A DNA stretch of 64,000 nt, from the NCBI GenBank assembly GCA_030599585.1, contig JAUVNS010000006.1, forward strand, positions 160,001 to 224,000, given 5' to 3'. The position numbers and the translations under genes are program-made. How positions within the stretch are numbered: position 1 is the first letter of the stretch; each line of letters starts with the position of its first letter. Of the stretch, positions 57,525 to 64,000 are shown piece after piece. The notes under the pieces were generated by a model. It did not search any database. It saw only the letters and a list, made by a program, of their open reading frames with translations, and had not been told where the DNA came from. The stretch comes from Promethearchaeota archaeon (GTDB lineage Archaea; Asgardarchaeota; Lokiarchaeia; Sigyniarchaeales; SOKP01).

Positions 57525-57776
57525 ATGGTAAAAGGAACCGTAAAATGGTTTGACTCTAGAAAAGGATATGGTTTCATAACTCGTGAAGATGGTTCTGGTG
57601 ATATTTTCGTCCATTTTTCCGCAATTAAAGGAGACGACGAAGAATTTAAAATCATCTATGAAGGAGATGTTGTGGAATTTGAAGTTACCGATGGTGCCAA
57701 AGGACCCCAAGCAACAGATTTAGTTGTAACGGAAAAAGGCCCCCGCCAGAGTTATAGATCTGAAAGTCGTTATTAA
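57525..57776 (+). CDS. Cold-shock domain protein
   Basis: [24 protein letters not shown] and KGPQA. Confidence 0.95.
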   Translation: MVKGTVKWFDSRKGYGFITREDGSGDIFVHFSAIKGDDEEFKIIYEGDVVEFEVTDGAKGPQATDLVVTEKGPRQSYRSESRY

Positions 57777-57978
57777 AAATTAATGTATAATTAATTTAGA
57801 ACGTGTAAGAAAGAAATATTTTAGGAAATGTCAGAAAGATAGAAACGCATAAAATGCCCAATGGGAAGAGATTTTTACTTTTTATTAGTTTTGATTTTTC
57901 CCTTTTTTTTTATTTTTTAATTAATCATTAGGATAAAGTAAAATTATATATGACTAAACTTCTATTATTGAAAGTGAA

Positions 57979-59007
57979 ATGGTAATCCTTTTCGAATCCT
58001 TTGGCAATTTTACTACGGGACAAACCTCCTATATAGCACTTGTCTCAAAAAAGTCCAGGGGTACCATTACTTTAACAGAAAAAGAGTTTTTGTTTAAATC
58101 TGTAAAAGATAAAATTACATTCCACTTGAGAATTAGCGATATTCAAAATTTCGCTATGAAATCGAGATTTCAGCTTCCGACTATTGAACTATTAAGCATT
58201 CAAGGAATAATATATACATTTTATCCTCATAAGAAAGAAGGAAGTTCACTTGCAACCTCCAAGAAAGCTACTACAGATCTTTTTAGACAGTTGACAAGAT
58301 CGACATTCAAAAAAGAGAGTCCGATATTGTTCGAAACAATAGGTAGCTTTAGAGATTACGATTTGAAAGAAAAAGGGGTGTTATCAGAATCTCTAAGGGG
58401 TATGATATTTTTAAATGAAGATTATTTATCTTTTAAACCGTTTACAGAAAAATCTATTTATCAAATACCAATATTGAACATTCTTAAAATTATAATTGAC
58501 ACTTCAAATATCGGACCAGCAGTAAACGTTCAAACAAAAGAGGGTAAGTCTTACACTTTGATGGCACTCAAAAAACAATTAAAGATGTATGCTAAAGACA
58601 AGTCAAAAACCGGTAAACTTTACGAACTCTTAAACCAAGCTAAAATATATAAATCCTCTGAGCAAATCCGTCTAGAAAAGGATGAGCAGGAAAAAATTGA
58701 ACGGATAAAGTCGATGATGGAAGTTTCTAATCGTTTAAGACTTGACATGATTAGAGTTGCTTTAGACATGGATGAAAAATCATTCACTCAAAAGGTTTTC
58801 CAATGGGCTAAAGAATTTAACTTTTTAATCGACGGAGATTATTTGATTATTAACCAAGATACTGCTATGGAATTTATAGAAGACTTATCAGTGGGAGCGA
58901 ATATCTTATCGCGTAAGGGGTTAAAAATAAAATGTCGATTTTGTGAGAAGTTGATTGAATATGGCGCTAAAATATGTCCTCATTGTGGAAGGGACACAAC
59001 TAATTAG
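57979..59007 (+). CDS. Tandem PH/GRAM-like domains + winged-helix-like domain + zinc ribbon
   Basis: Duplicated LFE..G.F / RG.I.L.E....FK / I.I..I pattern, and C-terminal CRFC...CPHCG. Confidence 0.65.
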   Translation: MVILFESFGNFTTGQTSYIALVSKKSRGTITLTEKEFLFKSVKDKITFHLRISDIQNFAMKSRFQLPTIELLSIQGIIYTFYPHKKEGSSLATSKKATTDLFRQLTRSTFKKESPILFETIGSFRDYDLKEKGVLSESLRGMIFLNEDYLSFKPFTEKSIYQIPILNILKIIIDTSNIGPAVNVQTKEGKSYTLMALKKQLKMYAKDKSKTGKLYELLNQAKIYKSSEQIRLEKDEQEKIERIKSMMEVSNRLRLDMIRVALDMDEKSFTQKVFQWAKEFNFLIDGDYLIINQDTAMEFIEDLSVGANILSRKGLKIKCRFCEKLIEYGAKICPHCGRDTTN

Positions 59008-60375
59008 TTAGTCTCCCCATTGAACAAGACGTCGTTCACCTTCAAGAGATCTTAACCGAGAAAGTTCTTGAGAAACTTCTAACGTTCCAACATATTTTCC
59101 AGCGTCATCATGCATAGCGAAATATCTAATCATTATGAAAGCTTCCCCTGCTTGAATCCAAAATTCTGCTACTTTTTTTTCTCCTGATTTAAACTTCTCT
59201 AAAATATCCTCTACGACATCCACACTATTGGGAGGATGGCATTTTTGAACGCTTCGACCAATAACTCCCCGACTCCTTGGAAATATTCGATCTTCTGTAT
59301 CAGAATAATATGCTACTTTATCGTTCTCGTTTACAAAACTTAAATCTAAGGGTAGGGTTTTCAACATGATATTGATTTGTTCTATGGTTAAATTTCCGAT
59401 GTCAAGGTTGAGAATACCCTCTACTTTTGCAGTTTTCGTTGGGAGAGGTTTATGAAGATCGACAGCAGAAACTGGCTTCCATTGGTCGCCGGGCGTAATT
59501 CCAAATACAAAGCCTATTTCTTCTTCGCCTTCACGAACATTTGTCCAATCAGGCTCGCTAAAAAACTCTAATGTCATTGGAAATAGAATATGTTCCTCTT
59601 TGTAAATCATATCCTCTATTTTTTGTAATGCTAATAGTATTTCTTCACTTTGTGTTGTTTTTAGCAATGGGCGTATCTCATCGTGAACAGCCCACATGAC
59701 TTGTGGTGGCCCAGAAATTCCATGTTTCTCAAGGATTGGAAATAATTGGTTTTCTTTTCGGGCATAATGTATAGTAATCGCCCCTAATTTACGAAATAGT
59801 TCAACTTTATCGGATTCCGGGGCTGATCTAATTTGTCGTATTAAATTTGCAATTTCTAAGTTTTCTTGTAAATAGGTATGGATTGGATGTCCAGGGATCG
59901 TTTCGTACTCTTCTTTCATATTTAAAGAATCTCTAAATAATTCAACGTGTAAATCGCTTAACTTTGTGATCTCTTTCGGATCTAAATGTCCTTCGTCTAT
60001 AAGTTGCTGCTCCAACTGAGCAATTTCATACGATGTTATGTCGCCGACAGCGTCTTTAAATTGAGCTTTTAATATATCAATTTCGACACCTTTATGCATA
60101 TCAAGTAATAGTTTTTTCAACATTTCTTTTCGATCTTTCTCTGGAGGTATATCAGCACTGGCTTCAATAGCACTCTTAACGGTTGATATTATTCGTTCTA
60201 AAGAAACTTCTAATATTACCGCAACCATTTCTAGAGTTGCTTTTTTTCCTATCGTTTTCCTTACGATTGGATTTTTAAATCTCTTAGCTTTAGTAGAAAG
60301 TTTATACAATTCATCGTAAACTAATGGATATTTATCAATTAAAGGAAGTATTTTGGTTGAGTTATTTATTTCCAT
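59008..60375 (-). CDS. DUF438 / hemerythrin-like / PAS_10 domain protein
   Basis: GHPIHTY..EN, HYARKENQLFP, VMWAVHDEIR, KEEHILFP and RIFPR...VIGR.V.KCHPP. Confidence 0.88.
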   Translation of the reverse strand: MEINNSTKILPLIDKYPLVYDELYKLSTKAKRFKNPIVRKTIGKKATLEMVAVILEVSLERIISTVKSAIEASADIPPEKDRKEMLKKLLLDMHKGVEIDILKAQFKDAVGDITSYEIAQLEQQLIDEGHLDPKEITKLSDLHVELFRDSLNMKEEYETIPGHPIHTYLQENLEIANLIRQIRSAPESDKVELFRKLGAITIHYARKENQLFPILEKHGISGPPQVMWAVHDEIRPLLKTTQSEEILLALQKIEDMIYKEEHILFPMTLEFFSEPDWTNVREGEEEIGFVFGITPGDQWKPVSAVDLHKPLPTKTAKVEGILNLDIGNLTIEQINIMLKTLPLDLSFVNENDKVAYYSDTEDRIFPRSRGVIGRSVQKCHPPNSVDVVEDILEKFKSGEKKVAEFWIQAGEAFIMIRYFAMHDDAGKYVGTLEVSQELSRLRSLEGERRLVQWGD

Positions 60376-60504
60376 TTTTATTCTACTCTTAAACTATATA
60401 TTGTGAGTTGTGTTAACGCTATATACAATTCATATTTCTTTATGAACATTTTCCTAAAAAATAATAAATAAAAAAAAAGTTGGATTATAGAAGTTTTACC
60501 TTAG

Positions 60505-61413
60505 TTATAAGTCTATTTTGCTTAAAATAGCTTTATAGAGATCGTTAGCAAATTCTGGTTGATATTTTAGAATTTTGTAAGAATCCAAAGTTAAGATTCG
60601 AAATTTTAAGATAATTTCATTGCTGTATTCTTGAACGTGAAATCTTGGTCTTGTTCCAAAAATATCGGCATATTTCGCGCAAAGTTCGTTAATTTTATCA
60701 ATTATAATGCGGAAGTGAGTATAAGGTACTCTCATTTTAAAATTGTAGGTGTGTACGATATCTTGGTCGTTCTCAGAGAACGATGTAAAGAAGTTTTTTA
60801 TATCTGTTTCTTCTTGTTTTCTAATCTCTTCGTTGTATACATCAATATCCAACCTTGCATTTCCTATATCTTGAGGAGCCCGAGTTTGTCTTTTGAAATG
60901 GATGTATTTCTTCCTCGATGAGAGCTTTATTGTATAGTTTAAAACTATTGAGGATACAACGTCAGAATTAGAAATTTCGACAATGATACGATCCATAGTT
61001 TCAATAACTACTTTTGTAAGTGTAATAGATTTTATTATGCCTTTATGGCCACTTATTTTAACTACATCGCCAATGTCGAAAGGATCTACTATCCATATTA
61101 GCAATCCGGCTACAAAATTAGAAAACACGCCGCTGAATATAAATGCTAACGCTGTGCTTACTGCCCCAGTTATTATTGCGGAATACTCTGCAGGAAGGGT
61201 AGTAAAAGAAGGAAATCCATTAATTATGAGATATAATAAAATTAAAATTGAGATTATTCTGAAAGCGAATAAAATTTTATTCTTCCTTGCTATTGGGATT
61301 CTTCCTATCCGATTAAATAGAATTGAGAGAAGCTTGTTAAAAATATATAACAAAAAAGCAATTAACACTACAACAATGAGTGCGAGAATGTCATTTTCAA
61401 AAAGAGACTCTAT
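60505..61413 (-). CDS. MscS-family mechanosensitive channel (paralog 2)
   Basis: SNFVAGLLI....PFDIGDVVKI....G.I. The 5' end is uncertain: GTG 61368 or ATA 61413. Confidence 0.85.
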   Translation of the reverse strand: MESLFENDILALIVVVLIAFLLYIFNKLLSILFNRIGRIPIARKNKILFAFRIISILILLYLIINGFPSFTTLPAEYSAIITGAVSTALAFIFSGVFSNFVAGLLIWIVDPFDIGDVVKISGHKGIIKSITLTKVVIETMDRIIVEISNSDVVSSIVLNYTIKLSSRKKYIHFKRQTRAPQDIGNARLDIDVYNEEIRKQEETDIKNFFTSFSENDQDIVHTYNFKMRVPYTHFRIIIDKINELCAKYADIFGTRPRFHVQEYSNEIILKFRILTLDSYKILKYQPEFANDLYKAILSKIDL

Positions 61414-62357
61414 TTTTCATCACCCTCGCTCTCTAATTTTGTTTCAGGGAGACTTTTTTGATATTCTTCCCAGTCTCTATAGATTCTATCAGGGTACAAC
61501 GTAAATAGAATATCTCTTAAAAGTGAATCCAAATAATTCAAAATGATCGTAGGATTACTTGATTTCACATACAGGCGAATACGAACACGTCCGAATCTAG
61601 TAGTGTCAATGGCATAATCGGGCATAATCCCGAATATTGGTTCATAAACTTTAAAAACATTATTTAACATTTCATCAAGAAGGTTAGGATTCAAACGCCC
61701 CAACAGTTCTAACTTCTTAACATAAGTAGTTGTCTTTATTTTGGCAGATAGAATTCTATTAATAAGCTTAATGTATTCTTTGTAATGACGTTTTTTGCGA
61801 AACTCTTCCCTTGTTAATGGTTCAAATATCTTAAATTTGTCGTGAGTAAATTTGACTGTGGTAAAACCATATACATTACTGTTGGGTATAATTATATCCA
61901 CTCCATCAAACTCCCTTATTTTGGTGTAATTTAAATTGATTTCTCTTACAATTCCTTGAATTTCATTTGTTTCGATTAGATCTCCAATCTCAAATTGGTC
62001 CGATGATAATAACAGCGCTCCTGAAACCATATTATTAATAATATTTTTAAAATTTAAGGAAACAGCTACTACTATGAACGGCACTATGGCAAAAAACAGT
62101 GGACGATCAAACTCTATAAGAAACCAGAATAAAAATATGCTCCAAATTATATTTACAATAAGAGATACAATCATTCGATAAGAACGCTTTTTAGATACAA
62201 ACGCAATAATGCTGCTGAGAGGTTTACGTATTATATAAACGAATATATTTATTAGGATTAAAATTTTGACAATTTGCTTCCATGTAGAGAGGTAAATTAC
62301 TAGAATCGCAACGATAATAAGAATTAAATATATAACGAAATAGTATTTTTTCTTCAT
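61410..62357 (-). CDS. MscS-family mechanosensitive channel (paralog 1)
   Basis: NNMVSGALL....FEIGDLIE....GIVREINLNYTKIREFDG....IPNS. Confidence 0.87.
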   Translation of the reverse strand: MKKKYYFVIYLILIIVAILVIYLSTWKQIVKILILINIFVYIIRKPLSSIIAFVSKKRSYRMIVSLIVNIIWSIFLFWFLIEFDRPLFFAIVPFIVVAVSLNFKNIINNMVSGALLLSSDQFEIGDLIETNEIQGIVREINLNYTKIREFDGVDIIIPNSNVYGFTTVKFTHDKFKIFEPLTREEFRKKRHYKEYIKLINRILSAKIKTTTYVKKLELLGRLNPNLLDEMLNNVFKVYEPIFGIMPDYAIDTTRFGRVRIRLYVKSSNPTIILNYLDSLLRDILFTLYPDRIYRDWEEYQKSLPETKLESEGDEK

Positions 62358-62489
62358 AATTCTATATCTTGATTTCTCGTTTATAAACAATTTTTTTTCG
62401 TGGACGAATAAACTATAAATTCTAATCTAGCGTAAGTTTTATTTAACCGAGAATCACAATTCTGTAAAAAATATGAGGCGTACGAGTAA

Positions 62490-62903
62490 ATGATGTATAA
62501 TAATTTAGATGACTTATCACCAGAACATGAAGAGGAACTTAATCTTTTGGAAACACACATTTCAGAATTATTCACACGTCTGGAAAAAAGTGAAATTCAA
62601 ATAGAACTGTTAAAAGATGAGAATTTCCAACTAAAAGCTCAAATCCAAAAATTGCAGCAACAATCAAAACAAGCTCAATATAAAAGCCCTCGAGCTGAAA
62701 CCATTAGAATCCCTAAAGATATTATTCCTACTGTTTCTTCTTCTGATACAAATGTAAGGCAAAATAAAAGAAAATGTCCAAATTGTGGTGCGTCGGGTTT
62801 TTCCATTAAAGAAGTGGACGATAAGACTCGTATTATTACTTATGTCCCAAGAAAAATTTACATGAAAAAGAAAGTATGTACCAAGTGTAGATTTGAGTTC
62901 TAA
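62490..62903 (+). CDS. Hypothetical coiled-coil + C4 zinc-ribbon protein
   Basis: Heptad-rich N-terminus; CPNCG...CTKC. Confidence 0.75.
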   Translation: MMYNNLDDLSPEHEEELNLLETHISELFTRLEKSEIQIELLKDENFQLKAQIQKLQQQSKQAQYKSPRAETIRIPKDIIPTVSSSDTNVRQNKRKCPNCGASGFSIKEVDDKTRIITYVPRKIYMKKKVCTKCRFEF

Positions 62904-62936
62904 ACCCTTATTCCTTTACTACTGAAGAATATTCTT

Positions 62937-63665
62937 CTAAAATCCTAATGAATTTTTATTTTTCCACCAATAAGGATTAGGGATAGCGTGAAATCGATCT
63001 CTATCAAATAACTTTATTTTGTTTTCGGTTAAAACAAAAGCAACACCACCCAAGAAAGGAACCCAATCTTGGTCCGGAGGTAACCCAAACCACCCATATT
63101 TTAACGCTATTAGAAAGATATCGTGCGTGACATGGATATCTATCCCTCCTTCTTGAGCATCGTTGATTCCGTTCCAAATAACATCTGCCGCATTTTGACA
63201 GTATGATTGAAATGGGAAAATTTTATCAGGAGAATAGAAACCAACTGCCCAACGATACAAAAATTCAAGGGGATTTTCATTTTTAAAAAGATTTAAAAAG
63301 AATTTTGGAGCAGTTCCCGCATGAAATAGCGGAGTTAGCACTCCATTCAAGGTTCCTTCCCCTCCAACGCTTCCAAATCCCGTCAAAATGTCTTCGGCTG
63401 TTTCTTGACAACGTTCGACAACACTATGAAACAATCTAATTGATCTTGATGTAGGTAACTTTTGACCAAAAATTGTAGCGACTTGATGTCCTTGAGGCGT
63501 TAATTTTAACTCAAACATCTTTTCAGACGCTGTAGGATTATTTCTGTGCGAATGTCGCAGAAGTAGAATTATTTTAGAGTTCTCTGGGAATTCCTTGAGA
63601 GCTTTAATAATATTGCGCGTTTGTAATGTCCATTCGGCATTTTCCCAAATGTTTACCCCTTCCAT
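62937..63665 (-). CDS. Histidine phosphatase superfamily protein
   Basis: LLRHSHR, LTPQG, HS...RCQETA and VTHD. Confidence 0.85.
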   Translation of the reverse strand: MEGVNIWENAEWTLQTRNIIKALKEFPENSKIILLLRHSHRNNPTASEKMFELKLTPQGHQVATIFGQKLPTSRSIRLFHSVVERCQETAEDILTGFGSVGGEGTLNGVLTPLFHAGTAPKFFLNLFKNENPLEFLYRWAVGFYSPDKIFPFQSYCQNAADVIWNGINDAQEGGIDIHVTHDIFLIALKYGWFGLPPDQDWVPFLGGVAFVLTENKIKLFDRDRFHAIPNPYWWKNKNSLGF

Positions 63666-63734
63666 CTTATAAAATTAAAAGATACACTACTAAAAAAGTT
63701 AATTTAAGCTTAAAAGAAAAATTGAGATTATATT

Positions 63735-64000
63735 CTATCTCGTAGGTGGCTGAATATCACCATAAATCAACAATTTATCGACTATAGTTTGAAATAGCAA
63801 ATCCACATTTTCTCCGGTTTTTGAAGAACATTCGAGGTAATCGAATTCTTCCATTACTGTAAGATAAGTTTCTATATCCTTTTTATTAAAAGACCTTTGT
63901 TCTTCTAAGTCTAACTTTCCAGCAACAATAAGCACAGGAAATTTTGGGTTTCTAATATTCGATCCCTCGTTAAATTTCAAAAGCCATTTATCTATATTTG
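63735..64000 (-). CDS. Small Rab-like GTPase, C-terminal part only (5' end outside the window)
   Basis: PVLIVAGKLD (G4 variant) and ECSSKTGENVDLLF (G5). The frame is open to the window edge. Confidence 0.8.
   Translation of the reverse strand, partial: NIDKWLLKFNEGSNIRNPKFPVLIVAGKLDLEEQRSFNKKDIETYLTVMEEFDYLECSSKTGENVDLLFQTIVDKLLIYGDIQPPTR

Noticed and set aside
1407-62575. Many short ORF-track entries antisense to or overlapping longer genes (e.g. 1407-1601, 4053-4274, 12216-12602, 18665-18997, 38543-39103, 52330-52668, 60983-61504)
   Set aside because: These are shadow ORFs of well-supported genes and have no motifs of their own.

Overview
AT-rich archaeal chromosomal DNA, very likely from an Asgard (Lokiarchaeia-like) genome. 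The evidence is an archaeal histone, five small-GTPase genes (Rab-like and Arf-like, four fused to roadblock or longin domains), a stand-alone longin-roadblock protein, a RING-H2/TPR protein and TPR proteins, among ordinary metabolic genes (leuB-like, thiDN, thiC, esterase, amidohydrolase, dsrEFH-like and MoaD/MoeB/TusA sulfur relays, MscS pair). No rRNA, tRNA, CRISPR array or transposase was recognised. Four things stand out. (1) A four-gene cassette occurs twice (8216-11065 and 21161-24123): a uDENN/longin-like protein, two paralogous 7-TM proteins and an Arf-like GTPase-longin fusion. Copy 1 has a duplicated 61-bp promoter. It is a candidate receptor-coupled Arf signalling module. (2) A heme/iron island (about 31.1-49.2 kb) contains ccmABCDEF interleaved with two exported proteins that carry HxxCH instead of CxxCH, one on a stalk of 14 x 93-aa repeats, plus a shared putative operator. 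(3) An unannotated 2-TM microprotein has an in-frame TGA and a eukaryote-type SECIS-like hairpin 13 nt after its stop, making it a candidate new selenoprotein. (4) A tandem pair of roadblock-Rab-pseudoGTPase proteins is present, one with a natural G60A-type switch substitution. All calls come from reading motifs by eye; no database searches were run.
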